In this document: piece after piece, positions 38,901-48,772 of the stretch
Layout: each line of letters opens with the position of its first letter
How positions within the stretch are numbered: position 1 is the first letter of the stretch
The notes under the pieces: generated by a model
Databases searched by the model: none
Seen by the model: the letters and a program-made list of their open reading frames with translations, nothing else
What the model was told of the DNA's origin: nothing
Translations under genes and position numbers: made by a program
NCBI GenBank assembly: GCA_027493445.1
Contig: JAOSKU010000001.1
Location: forward strand, 1,389,314-1,453,313
Length of the DNA: 64,000 bases
Source of the DNA: Thermoleophilia bacterium
GTDB lineage: Bacteria; Actinomycetota; Thermoleophilia; RBG-16-64-13
Direction: 5' to 3'

Positions 38901-39111
38901 CGCAGAAACGCTCACTGTGAAGACAGTCAAGGACGGCCGCCCGCTCGCCGGGAGAAAGGGCCCGGGCTGCGGTGGGCCGGGACGCCGGAGGCTTCTCCTG
39001 GGGTGGCCGCCGGCGGCGGTAGAGGGTGGCCGGGGCCACGCCGAGGGCCCGGCAGGCCGGGCGCGTGCCCACGATGAGGCTGAGCTCTTCGGTTGTCTTT
39101 TCCAACATCAT
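35974..39111 (-). CDS. IS3-family transposase OrfB (DDE), interrupted by the intron
   Basis: PNRVWSWD | TKLKG..LDVFSRYCVGW, HADRG, DNPYSEAQF; in frame after removing 36580-38709. Confidence 0.85.
36580..36677 (-). ncRNA. Group II intron domains V-VI
   Basis: DV GAGCCGGAUGCGUGGAGACGUGCAUGUCCGGUUC (AGC triad), followed by DVI ending CCGACCCUAC. Confidence 0.92.
36687..38108 (-). CDS. ltrA: Group II intron reverse transcriptase/maturase without endonuclease domain
   Basis: GVDG, IPKANGKVRRLGI, SYGFRP, GTPQGQILSPLLAN, RYVDD, GFDFLG, LNPVLRGWCTYF; 473 aa. Confidence 0.93.
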   Translation of the reverse strand: MNTGAPWPSLVEAEQRVLAMQTKLHRRAVADAGRRFDDLYNLVYDPAFLVVAWARVRSNRGARSAGVDGIAPRSITDSAGFLAELRACLKARRFTPDRVREKLIPKANGKVRRLGIATASDRAVQAVLKLVLEPIFEADFKPCSYGFRPKRRAQDAIAEIHYLGSPTRNYEWVFEADIADCFDEISHRGLMDRVRVRVKDKRVLALVKAFLAAGILSEDGVSRDTITGTPQGQILSPLLANIALSVLDEHFTRKWEALGPYWTRAKRRRQGVPACRLVRYVDDFVFMVGGSRGDAEALRDEVSALLAPVGLRLSAEKTRVCHIDEGFDFLGYRIQRRRKRGWAGKRAVYTYPSKKALASVMAKVRSLTRRKKHRTLAALLRYLNPVLRGWCTYFRHGVSSRTFSYLDHFAWWRVVTWLRKRHHGLNWGTLSRRYLPNWQIRDGAVKMFRPNKVAIERYRYRGACIQTPWVSTA

Positions 39112-39605
39112 TCGTTGCTCTTGTCGGGCTCCGCGCCCCTGGGCCCCAAGAGTTCGCCCAAAAGCGCAGATACGTTTCCCTGGACTTCGATCACCCGGCG
39201 GGCCTTCTCAAGCTCGGCCTCGGTGCGCACCAGGCGCCGGCGCAGCTCGACATTCTCCTTCTCCAAGGGATCCGCCGATTTGCGGCCTCGGGCCCGGGAA
39301 AGAGCCTCCAGGGCACCCTCCTCCCGTTGCCGGCGCCACTTGGTGAGGTGGGAGGAGTAGAGGCCCTCCCGGCGCAGAAGAGCGCCCACCTCACCTGGCT
39401 TGGTGGCGGCGCCGGCTTCCTCTAGGATGGCCAGCTTGTAGGCGGCGGAGAAGCGCCGCCTGTTTGCCCGCTCCACCAGCTCTGGGTCAGCCGTGACCAC
39501 GGGCATGCAGGGCTCGGCCTTCCCCACAGTGCCCTCGCCCACGCCTCCTGGCGCCTCACGGCCACCACCATTTCTCTCGAACAATGACATCTCGGATGCT
39601 CCCAT
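39108..39605 (-). CDS. IS3-family transposase OrfA
   Basis: RRRFSAAYKLAIL..LRREGLYSSHLTKWRRQ HTH plus coiled coil. Confidence 0.88.
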   Translation of the reverse strand: MGASEMSLFERNGGGREAPGGVGEGTVGKAEPCMPVVTADPELVERANRRRFSAAYKLAILEEAGAATKPGEVGALLRREGLYSSHLTKWRRQREEGALEALSRARGRKSADPLEKENVELRRRLVRTEAELEKARRVIEVQGNVSALLGELLGPRGAEPDKSNE

Positions 39606-40067
39606 CTCGCCCTCATAGGTTCAGTAATTCTTGTGCCTCTGAGTGTCTCACGCCATGTTGGCAGAGAGGGCAGTGCGCGGCCATGTCCTCGGCAAGAGCC
39701 TGACGAGTGAGAAGCCCGCGTAGCTGCTCGTGAAGTATGAGGCTCTTCAGACGCAGACTGTCGGTGAGCTCCAGGGCCCGGAGGTTGAGATCCTTGATGA
39801 GGAAGTAGCATAAGAGGACATCGCGCTCGGCCGAGCGGATCTTCTGGTGGATCTCCTCCGGGCTTCTTCCTTTCATGGCCGCCCGTAAGGCCTGTTGTAC
39901 CTGACCAGGCACCTTGATCAAGGGGTAGCATTCCTCTGGCTGCTCGACGAGCCAACGGGCGTAGTCCATGAGGCTGCCAAACTTGTGAGCCTCCTCCATC
40001 CAGAGAAGGACGGCCTGCTGCGGGGTGAGGGAGGCTTCGATCTTCTCTAGGCGCCTCTTCTTGCCGC

Positions 40068-40515
40068 TCATGCCACCTCCCCGAAGTCGGCCCGGTCGTC
40101 CTCGTCCTGATCAAAGAGGGAGCGAAGCTCAGATGCCTGGCCTTTCACCGCCTGCTCCAGGAACTGCACCCTTTCTTCCAGCTCTCCCACCTGCAGGGCC
40201 CTAAGCGCCGCCTGGGCAATGGCCACCAAGGTGCGCGAGCGGGTGGCCGAGTTCTCCAGACCCAGGGTATCTAAGGCGGCGATCACGAGTAGACGACGGA
40301 TGCCCTCCACCGTTTCGAGCTCACAGAAGTCAAAGGCGCCGGCCACCGTGTGCTCTTTTTCGCCGCCGTAGACCACCGAGGCGCCTAATCTCCTGGACGT
40401 CCTCCCGACGCTCGGGGTGGTGGAAGAGGCAGTACTCCTCGCCCTTCAAGGGCGCAGCGCCGCAGGGCTCTCCCCGCTCGTTTCGGTGTCTGCAGGTTCG
40501 TCTCGCCAGCATCAA
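40068..40515 (-). CDS. Small hypothetical protein with an N-terminal Cys/His cluster; one frameshift
   Basis: CRHRNERGEPCGAAPLKGEEYCLFHHP, continuing into ORF 40068-40376. Confidence 0.55.
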
Positions 40516-40555
40516 CCACCTCTGCAGGTCATATCCATGCTGGTCTCACTGCCCA

Positions 40556-41794
40556 TCACTGACCCTCGATCCTCTCCGCCCGCTCCCCGGAGAAGGCCTC
40601 CCATCTGGCCACCACTATGGAAGCGTAGTGTGCATCGAGCTCCGTGCCGTAGCAGACGCGGCCGGTGCGCTCGGCGGCGATCAAGGTAGAGCCTGAGCCG
40701 AGAAAGAGGTCCAAGACGATGTCCCCTCGCTTGGAGCTGTTCTCCAGCGCCCGCTCGATCAAGGCCAGGGGCTTCATGGTGGGGTGCGCTTCCGAGGCCG
40801 AGGGCCGGGGCACCTTCCAGACGTCGGCCTGATCGCGGTCGCCGCACCAGTAAGGCTTCGCCCCTTCGGGCCAGCCAAACCAGCAGGGCTCGTACGCTCT
40901 CTGGTAGGGTGCCCGACCCAGGACGAACTGTCCTTTGTCCCAGATCAGGTAGTCGCTCCAGTGGCCACCGGCATCCTCGAAGACCCGGGCGACGATCGGC
41001 AGCTCCTTGGAACTCATGAAGCAATAGATGGCCCCGTCAGTGAAAGCGATGATGTTGCCCACGAAGCCCCGCACGAACTCCTGCCATTCTTCGGGTGGCA
41101 AGTTGTCGTTCTCGAGGCGGCGCCGTCGCTGTCCGCGTTGCTGACCGCCATGGTCGCCCAGCGCCACGCCGTACGGCGGGTCAGTCACACAGACGGCCGC
41201 TTTCCGCCCGTCCATCAACCTGGTGACATCATCAGTCTTGGTTGCATCACCACACAGTAGGCGGTGGTCTCCGAGCGCCCAGAGCTCGCCCGACTTGACC
41301 CGGGGCTCGCGCCGGGCTTCCTCGAGGGCGGCCTCCAGGTCGAAGCTCTCCGGCCGGTCGCGCTTCTCCCGGACTTCCAGGGTCTTCAAGAGCCTCTTGA
41401 TCTCGTCGTCCTCAAACCCGGACAGGGTTAGGTCGAGGTCCGGGGTCTGCCCAAGATCGGAGAGCAGGCGGGCGAGCAGCTCCTCATCCCAGGATCCCGA
41501 GATCCGGTTCAGGGCTAGGTTGAGCAGCCGGGCCTTCTCCTCGGAGACGTCGAGGAGGATGACCGGTATCTTCTCGAGTCCCAGCTTCCGGGCGGCCAGG
41601 AGGCGTTGGTGGCCGCCAATGACGGTTCCGTCCTCTTGCCTTGCGATGATGGGGTCGACCAGACCGAACTCCTGGATGCTCCGGGTGAGGGACTCTAGCT
41701 CGGCGTCCGAGATGCGCCTTGGGTTGGCCGGGTCGGGACGAAGCTCAGAGATGGGCAGGGTCTGCATTTCGAGGACGGGGGCGGTCTTAGTCAT
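40556..41794 (-). CDS. ParB-like N-domain fused to N4/N6 DNA methyltransferase
   Basis: LRPDPANPRRI..IGGHQRL; VTDPPYG; HPTMKP; VLDLFLGSGSTL. Confidence 0.92.
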   Translation of the reverse strand: MTKTAPVLEMQTLPISELRPDPANPRRISDAELESLTRSIQEFGLVDPIIARQEDGTVIGGHQRLLAARKLGLEKIPVILLDVSEEKARLLNLALNRISGSWDEELLARLLSDLGQTPDLDLTLSGFEDDEIKRLLKTLEVREKRDRPESFDLEAALEEARREPRVKSGELWALGDHRLLCGDATKTDDVTRLMDGRKAAVCVTDPPYGVALGDHGGQQRGQRRRRLENDNLPPEEWQEFVRGFVGNIIAFTDGAIYCFMSSKELPIVARVFEDAGGHWSDYLIWDKGQFVLGRAPYQRAYEPCWFGWPEGAKPYWCGDRDQADVWKVPRPSASEAHPTMKPLALIERALENSSKRGDIVLDLFLGSGSTLIAAERTGRVCYGTELDAHYASIVVARWEAFSGERAERIEGQ

Positions 41795-41895
41795 CTGGCC
41801 TCCTGAGGGGTGGAGAGGGGAAGCACTATGAGGTTGCTAATCCGGGCCGGAAGAGCGTGTATGGGTGAGCAACGACGACCAGCCCGGAGGGCGCT

Positions 41896-42550
41896 ATGGC
41901 AGGCACGCTCAAGATCAAGATCACTGAGTGCAGCGGGGAGATCAAAGACCTCCGCTACGCCTACATGTGGAGCGCCTGGCTGGACGGCCGGCTCCTGGGT
42001 CAGGGCCACGCCTTCCGGCCCGAAGAGGCCGAGAGCAAGGCCATGAATCTCGTGACCGACCTCGTCTCGCCCGACGAGGTCGAACACATCGAGATCACGC
42101 AGGCCTGAGCCATGGACCGCTGCCGGTATTGCCAGACCGCCATCCTCGAGCGCACCCGGGCCGTCCTCGAGCCTGAGGGCTTCCTGCTTGACTTCTTTTG
42201 TGCCGCCGAGCTTGCTCGGGCGGGAGAGCTCAGCCAGGTCCAGATCCCCATCGTTCGGGGGCGCCGTGGTGGGCTACCTGCCCGCCTTCTGGAGCGAGCA
42301 CTTGGGTGGCTTCATCACCATCGCCGAGAGGGAGGAGTGAGGCATGGGCATTCCCCAGACCGAGAGCGAGCTTCGCGAGTGGCTCACGGAGGTCATCTAC
42401 TCGGCACTGGATGAAGAGTCGGGCGGGTCGCCGGCCCACATGCGGATCGACTCCTTCGCCGAGGCCCAGATCATGACCCTGAACGAGGGCCTGGTTCTTC
42501 GCTTCTGGAACGGCCCGGAGTTTCAGCTCACCATCGTGAAGAGCCGGTAG
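41896..42550 (+). CDS. Three small co-oriented hypothetical genes (41896-42108, ~42112-42350, 42344-42550)
   Basis: Tightly spaced ORFs with GGAG(G) RBS; the middle one is probably frameshifted. Confidence 0.55.
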
Positions 42551-42585
42551 GCTCAGTCCGAGTTTCGTCGGCCGCCCCACGGCGC

Positions 42586-42722
42586 TCACCACCCCCTCTG
42601 GTGCTCTTCGTTAGGGCTCGAGCTCCGCGTCTGAGATCCGACGGGGTTGGCCGGGTCGGGTCGCAGTTCGTCGATAGGCAACTGCTTGAGTTCCGGGACG
42701 GGGCAGGAACTAGCCATGACAC
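42586..42722 (-). pseudogene. Truncated second copy of the ParB-MTase 5' end
   Basis: ELKQLPIDELRPDPANP(R)RISDAELE(A)LTKS versus EMQTLPISELRPDPANPRRISDAELESLTRS at 41794. Confidence 0.7.
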
Positions 42723-42773
42723 CTCCGGGATTGGAGCGATGGATGCGACGCCGGGATCGGCAATAGGCGCCGT

Positions 42774-43166
42774 TCATGTCGCGCTCTCTCGGGAGAAGGA
42801 CCTGAAGAGGCTGAGGGCGTAGTCCTCCCGCTCCCGGATGACCCTCCCGAACTGCGCCTGGTCCCTATTCTTGTAGGCCTTTTGCAGCTCGCCTTCGAAC
42901 CGTCGCCACTCCTCGCTTTCGAGCGCACATCCCTTGGGCCAGGCTCGAGCAAGGTAGCGAGTGGAGGAGAGAAGAACTCCGTCAGCCTCCTCCTCCCAGC
43001 GTAGGAGGTCGAGAAGTTCCTGTCGGTGGGCACGAAGGGCGGCGATGAGTTCGGGGGTGAGATTCTCAGGCTCGACGAAGGAGGGTTGCACGTGTACACG
43101 CTCGCCTCTGCGGCTCAGATGCACGAAGCGCCGCCCGCATTCCTCAAGAAGCTCCTCCAAGCTCAT
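42774..43166 (-). CDS. Small hypothetical protein coupled to the primase-helicase
   Basis: LTPELIAALRAHRQELLDLL; ATGA overlap. Confidence 0.6.
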   Translation of the reverse strand: MSLEELLEECGRRFVHLSRRGERVHVQPSFVEPENLTPELIAALRAHRQELLDLLRWEEEADGVLLSSTRYLARAWPKGCALESEEWRRFEGELQKAYKNRDQAQFGRVIREREDYALSLFRSFSRESAT

Positions 43167-45181
43167 ATGAGGAGTCCTCCCTCGGGTTCAGGCCTTGGGG
43201 CTGAGGGGTCCCGTACATCGTCAGAATCGCCATACTTCTCCACCGGCACCGGGTGAAGATGTATGGGTGGTGGTGAGGATGTATGGGGGAGCGACCAGAA
43301 AGAGGTGGAGCCCTGGCCGAATCCGTCGCGCTTGGACTGAACGTTAAGGGCCTTCTTGGCTCGCTCCAGGGTCGTCTCGCTGACGCCGGCGCTCCTCGCG
43401 GCCTTATATATGTCTGTGGCCGGCAGCCGCCCGGCTGCCAGCATCTCCTCCAGGAAGTCTTTGGCTTCATCGAGTTGGGTTCGGCCCTTCTCGCCGCGCG
43501 GCCGGCGGACGAGTTGGTCTGCCGTGTAATCGCATCTGCCGTCCCACCTCACTCGGCAGACGCCGCCAGCGGTGGGCTCGAGATGAAAGGCCAGGCTATC
43601 CGGCGCGGGGCCCAAGTTGCTCTTGGTGGAGGCGAGCACCCGAACCTCATCATCGTCCGGGTGCTTTCCCACGAGGAGGGCCGAACGGGCCGCCCCCACG
43701 ATGCCGATGCTCCCCCCGCCTCGGTAAAGGGCGGGCCCATCCTCGGCCTTGTTTAGGTGTCTGACCACCAGGGTGCTGGCCCCGGTCTCCTCGGCCATCC
43801 CCGACAGACGGAATAGCGCGCGGCGAACGTCCTGATCTCGGTATGAGTTCACCTTCCCGGCGAGATAAGCCATAAGGGGATCCACGACAACGAGACAAGC
43901 GTCAACTTGAACGATGGCCTGGGTCAGGAAGGGAAGGTCGTCCGGAAGCAGTGGTGGATGCTCCGCCTCCCCATTCGAATCGGGACAGGCGGCCAGCAAG
44001 AGGATGCGGGTGAGGTCCGCGCCAGCCGCGATGAGCCGAGGGACGATGGTATCGGCAAGACCATCTTCGGCGGAGAGGATGACGACCCCAGACGGCTCCC
44101 CGCCACTGGTGCCGTCGGGCATAACGTCTCCACGGCTCAGCCGGGCGGCGATGTCGAGGCAGGCCGTGCTCTTGCCGAGGCCGGGGTCGCCATCGAGCAC
44201 CACAAGCTTGCCCTGAGGTATACGGCCGGGCCAGAGCCAGCGTACAACCTCGGGCCTGATCTGAGAGGCGAGGATGCCCAGCGGCCGCGGCGGAGTTGCT
44301 GCGGGCGGCTGCCCCTTCCCCGAGGTCATGAGGCGCTCCAGCTCCTCGCGAGTGCCCCCCGCCGCGGCCCAATCACTGATGTCACCCTTCTCGGCGAGGT
44401 CGGGTAACTCGAGAACCGAAACCCTCGTGCCGAATTCGGTCAGGGCGGCGGCGACGGCACGAGCGTGCTCGCGACCCGCCTGGTCATTGTCCGGGAGGAT
44501 GATGACCTCCGCTCCTCGAAGCGCCTTGGAGTACTCGTCGCGCCACTTGCCGGCGCCCATGGGGTTGCACGTGGCAACCAATCCCCACCTCTCCAGGGTG
44601 TGGACGTCTTTCTCCCCCTCGACGATGAAGATTGGGTGGCCTTCGCGCACGGCTTGGAGCACTCTCGGTAGTCGGTAGAGAACGAGCGGAGCGGTGGGGA
44701 ACCATCTGACCCGGGCCCCAGGCCTTGAGGGTTCCGGCAGGAAGTCATCTTCCTTGGCTTTCGACTTCGACCGGCGCCAGTCACCGTCTGCACCCTGTTC
44801 GTACCACGCACCCCTGAGCCCCCAGACCCAACTGCCTAAGCCGTCCGGCCGCCGCTGAGGGAACTGCTTCGACGGCAGGCGAAGCACCTGAAAGAGCGGG
44901 TGGCCGTCCGCGGCCGCGTATTCGTAGACATCCTGGGGCCCTGTCCTGTCCCCGCGCAGCGGCTCCAGCTTCAACTCCCCGGCTGTCACCCCTAGTGCCC
45001 GGGTGATATCGGAAAAGGAGCAGCCCGCGTGGCAGTTGAGAAGCACCTGTCCTCGGTCACCGATCCCGACGCTGAGAGAGGCATGGGTGTCCTCATGGGC
45101 CGGGCAACTGGCCGACCAGCCATCCCCGCATTCCCTCACCTGCTTGAGCCGACCCAGGATCAGTTTCGCCGGCTCGTTCAT
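43163..45181 (-). CDS. Primase-helicase fusion (Zn-binding, TOPRIM, AAA_25/RepA-type helicase)
   Basis: CPAHED..CHAGC; VEGEKD..LPDND..G; GDPGLGKS; LVVVDP; VRHLNK..GGGSIG. Confidence 0.88.
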   Translation of the reverse strand: MNEPAKLILGRLKQVRECGDGWSASCPAHEDTHASLSVGIGDRGQVLLNCHAGCSFSDITRALGVTAGELKLEPLRGDRTGPQDVYEYAAADGHPLFQVLRLPSKQFPQRRPDGLGSWVWGLRGAWYEQGADGDWRRSKSKAKEDDFLPEPSRPGARVRWFPTAPLVLYRLPRVLQAVREGHPIFIVEGEKDVHTLERWGLVATCNPMGAGKWRDEYSKALRGAEVIILPDNDQAGREHARAVAAALTEFGTRVSVLELPDLAEKGDISDWAAAGGTREELERLMTSGKGQPPAATPPRPLGILASQIRPEVVRWLWPGRIPQGKLVVLDGDPGLGKSTACLDIAARLSRGDVMPDGTSGGEPSGVVILSAEDGLADTIVPRLIAAGADLTRILLLAACPDSNGEAEHPPLLPDDLPFLTQAIVQVDACLVVVDPLMAYLAGKVNSYRDQDVRRALFRLSGMAEETGASTLVVRHLNKAEDGPALYRGGGSIGIVGAARSALLVGKHPDDDEVRVLASTKSNLGPAPDSLAFHLEPTAGGVCRVRWDGRCDYTADQLVRRPRGEKGRTQLDEAKDFLEEMLAAGRLPATDIYKAARSAGVSETTLERAKKALNVQSKRDGFGQGSTSFWSLPHTSSPPPIHLHPVPVEKYGDSDDVRDPSAPRPEPEGGLLI

Positions 45182-45450
45182 GACCGCGGTAGTGAAGAGA
45201 CTGGGGAATCGACGACGAGATCCACTCTTGTGAGATTCAGCAAGGGGACGAGCGGGATGAGGAGGCGCCGCCCAAGCCGGCAAACCTGTATTTCCTGCTG
45301 GGCGATGGCCTGGCGCACGCTGCCGCGGCTGACGCCAAGGAGGCGTGCCGCCTCGTGGTCGGTTAGCATTAGGCGCCCCTCGTCGCGAATGATGTGGACC
45401 AGCCAGGGGGGAAGGACATCGGGGACGACAGCTGCGTGGGTAAGCTCGAT
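45178..45450 (-). CDS. Excisionase/AlpA-like HTH protein (start uncertain)
   Basis: LMLTDHEAARLLGVSRGSVRQAI..RLGRRLLIP. Confidence 0.7.
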   Translation of the reverse strand: MELTHAAVVPDVLPPWLVHIIRDEGRLMLTDHEAARLLGVSRGSVRQAIAQQEIQVCRLGRRLLIPLVPLLNLTRVDLVVDSPVSSLPRS

Positions 45451-45640
45451 TCCGAGGATTTGGTCTCGCGTCAGCTGCTCCAATGGTCTCCCGGTCCTTC
45501 TGGGGCCAGCCCGTTGCTTTCTCGTCCTAACAAGCGTATCCTGGTCTTGTCCGTGAGAAAAGAAGGATTTAACACGGACAGCCTGGAGGAGGCGCCACGC
45601 ACCCAGTCGAGGACATAGAGAAGCCGCCGGGAGCCAGCCC

Positions 45641-46737
45641 ATGGACCCATGACGATCTATGGGCGCGCTTCCAGCGGGACTGGCGCTACGAGGGAGGGTT
45701 CTTTCTCCCTCCCCAGGCGGGCCGTGAGTTCCCCTATCGTTTGAGCGAAGTGGAGCAGGAACTGCGCGGAGACTTCCGCGACATGCCCAAGAAGCAGCGT
45801 CATAAGGAGTTCCCCGCGTTTCCCTTCTTGCCTGGCCTGAAAGAACCGGGCCGGGGCGACAACACCATACGAAGCCTGGCCATTGGTTTCCTTAACCTTC
45901 CTACGCTCCCCCGCAGGCGGACCCGGCGGAGACGGGCTTCGTCGAGAAGAACGGCGCGGCTGTCGCGGACTACCTCGAATGGCTCAACTGTTGGGGTCCC
46001 CTCGGGCTGCTCGGACAGCTTTATCAGCCTCTGGGGGGCGTGTGGGACCGCTCAGACGAGGCAGAGATTCAGTTACCGGAGAGGTTCTTGAAGCGAACCG
46101 ATGGACCGCCCTCCGGGCGCTGGATGGTCCATCACTGGCTTGAGCGTCGCACCGATCGTCTTCTAGAAGCACCAGAGATGCTCGAGATCCAGCGTCGTCA
46201 TCACGAGCTAGGAAAGCCTATAGTCAGCTGGCATGCGCCCCTGATCCTCAAGTTCAAAGAACGTATCGCTATTGCCGACTTCTCGCGCGAGATCGATCTG
46301 TTCAGGCAGGCCTACCTGCTGGCACGGGGTAGCGCCGAGGAGAAGGAGGCAGCCGCAGGGCGGATCCGAGCAGAACTCCCTCCCGCATGCTGGCGGAGGC
46401 TGCGACCCCGGACGGGTGCCTCCATTGGTGGCTCCTGCTTAACCACACAAGTAGCCTCGTCTACAGCCCCAAGCTTTCTCGGTTCTATCTAGCCAAGGGC
46501 CCCCTCGTCTGGCGACACACGAGTTTCCTCGGGGCCATGTATCACTTCCTCTTTGTGGATCAGCTCGCGGGGGCAGCAACTATCCGACGCTGTCCCGAGT
46601 GCCACCGCTACTTCATTCCGAAAAGGGATGCACTTTACGATCGAGAGAGGTGCAGCAACACGCTTTCCAAGCGTCGTCGCCGCGAGGCTGAACGGGCAAG
46701 GCGAGCTGGCGGCAACGAGCGCCAAGGCGAGGGCTAG
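45641..46737 (+). pseudogene. Hypothetical regulator-like gene with a C-terminal CGNR-like zinc finger; several frameshifts
   Basis: Ends IRRCPECHRYFIPKRDALYDRERCSNTLSKRRRR; pieces in four frames. Confidence 0.5.
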
Positions 46738-46739
46738 GA

Positions 46740-48054
46740 ATGAGGGGCCATGTGCGCAGGCGGGGTACCTGGGAGTACATCCTCGAGCTGGGCGATCGAC
46801 CGACACAGCGCTGCACCGGCTGCAACCACAGGCATTGGGTGGATCGAACCCGTCTGAAGTCCTGCGTCAAATGCGGCGGTCCGCTGGTCGACCGCGTCGA
46901 GCGGAGACAGCAGGTGAAGACGGGCTTCAAGACCAAGAAGGATGCAGAGGCCGCCCTCAATGACGCTCTGAGCTCCCTCGGCCAGGGAACCTACGTCGCG
47001 CCCGCCAAGCTGACGGTGGAGGAGTTCCTGCGGGACGAGTGGCTACCCGCCGTCAAGAGCAGCATCCGGGAGAGCACCTACCTCAGCTACAAGGGTCACG
47101 TGGAGGGCCACATCATCCCGCTGCTCGGACCGGAGCGCCTGCAGCGGCTATCAGGCTCCATGATCAACGCCTTCTACGCCACTCTCCTCAGCGAACCCGA
47201 GCCCGAAGAACCGAAGGACAAGGTCGCAAAGACACGAACGGACACGCGCACGAAGACCCCAAAGAAGAAGCCAACGACCGAAACTCGCAAGAAGAAGCTC
47301 AGCCCCACCACCGTCCGCCACGTCCATGGGACCCTGCACAAGGCGCTCAAGGACGCGGTCCGCTGGGACAGGCTGCCCCGCAATCCCATCGAGGCGGCCA
47401 ACCCTCCCAAGAGAATGAGCGCCGGGAGCGCGGAGATGCAGGTGTGGACCTCGGCCGAGCTTAAGACGTTCCTCTCCGGGGGTGCGGTCGTCTCGGCTCT
47501 ACCCACTCTGGCTCCTCCTCGCCTCCACCGGCATGCGCCGAGGGGAGGTCGTGGGGCTACGCTGGAAGGACGTGGATCTCAAGGCGGGGAGACTGTCGGT
47601 ACGCCAAACCCTCGTTTGCGTCGGCTACGAGGTCCAGGTATCCGAACCCAAGACCCGTAAGGGGAGGCGCTCGGTGGCCCTGGACCCGGTCACCGTAGCC
47701 ACTCTCAAGCGCTGGCGCAAGGAGCAATCTGCGGAGAGGCTCGCCTGGGGACCGGCCTGGAATAACACCGGGTATGTCTTCACTCGGGAGGATGGACACC
47801 CCCACCACCCCGACAGGATCAGCAAGCTCTTCGAGGACGCCGTGGCGGATTCTGGCCTTCCCCGGATCCGCCTGCACGACATGAGGCATACCCATGCCAC
47901 CTTGGCCTTGGCCGCGGGCATCCACCCAAAGGTGGTGAGCGAGCGCCTGGGTCACGCCAACGTGAGCATCACCTTGGACACGTACTCCCACGCCATCCCC
48001 GCTATGGCAGAGGAAGCGGCCACCAAGATCGCCGCCTTGGTGCATCCGGAGTAG
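46740..48054 (+). CDS. int: Island tyrosine integrase; one frameshift near 47480
   Basis: MRGHVRRRG arm-binding start with a CxxC insertion; TGMRRGE; IRLHDMRHTHAT; LGHANVSITLDTYSH. Confidence 0.92.
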
Positions 48055-48199
48055 CACCTCACTAGGACTCCTCTTGCGCCTGGGGTCGCACTGAGGGCGC
48101 ACAGTCAACCCAGTAGGGTCTCCCAACCACCCCCGACGAACGTTGCTTCCCTCGTCGCACGTGACGGGGACGAAGGGGCGACACACCCCCAAGAATGGG

Positions 48200-48269
48200 T
48201 CCGTTTCGGGTCAGCGAGGGTCAACTGAGTCCAGGGGCGGACAACCCCGGCGTTGGCAGAATGTTGGCA
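48200..48269 (+). repeat. Right-end copy of the ~70-bp imperfect repeat
   Basis: See 8590-8663; contains tandem GTTGGCA at 11-bp spacing. Confidence 0.65.
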
Positions 48270-48308
48270 CGTGGCCAATTCGGGTTTCGGCAGACGAAGC
48301 CGGCCAAC

Positions 48309-48335
48309 AAAAAAGGCCCGCAAATGGGGCCTTTT
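48309..48335 (-). terminator. Terminator downstream of the tRNA
   Basis: aaaaggccc-gcaaatg-gggcctttt stem with a U-tract on the minus strand. Confidence 0.8.
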
Positions 48336-48338
48336 CTA

Positions 48339-48415
<77 letters not shown>

Positions 48416-48772
48416 CCGTTCAGGTGACACAGTATACCACCGTCGCCTGAGCCTGCCCACCGACCGACCGGATGTTCTCCGTCGGCCCAAGACCCGAAAC
48501 GGCCTTCTCTCGCGATCCACCGGACCAACGCGATCCCCGCGGGTGAGGCGAACCCGCGAGTAGACGCTGCCTAGCCGTTCGCCAAGGTGATCCCAAAGTC
48601 CGATACGAGCCTGACAGCGTGCGTCCTAGACTCGGTCCCATACCCGGAGTACGTATCCGGATTCCTCAAGATTCGTTGAAAAAACCCGATAGGGAACCTG
48701 AAGAAACGCGCCCTTGCGAGCGCCGAGGATCAGCCGGAGCCCCTGGCTTCGATCGAGAGTGAGAGGCCGACC

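Larger units (their letters stand above)
35941..39663 (-). mobile_element. IS3-family element carrying a group II intron
   Basis: Ends TGTCAACCCCGATGAGACAC / rc TGCCAACATGGCGTGAGACAC; orfA 39108-39605; orfB in two parts (39111-38710 and 36579-35974). Confidence 0.9.
34481..40071 (-). pseudogene. ~619-aa backbone hypothetical gene split by IS3
   Basis: Joining 40071-39672 to 35940-34481 gives an open frame reading EDMAAHWSRWLALSRELPYPLDPD. Confidence 0.7.

Noticed and set aside
41819-41846. GGAAGCACTAT half-site upstream of ParB-MTase
   Set aside because: No matching right arm after 6 bp.
48420-48772. c-di-AMP (ydaO) riboswitch upstream of NlpC/P60
   Set aside because: Conserved ydaO segments not found by eye; a covariance-model search would be decisive.
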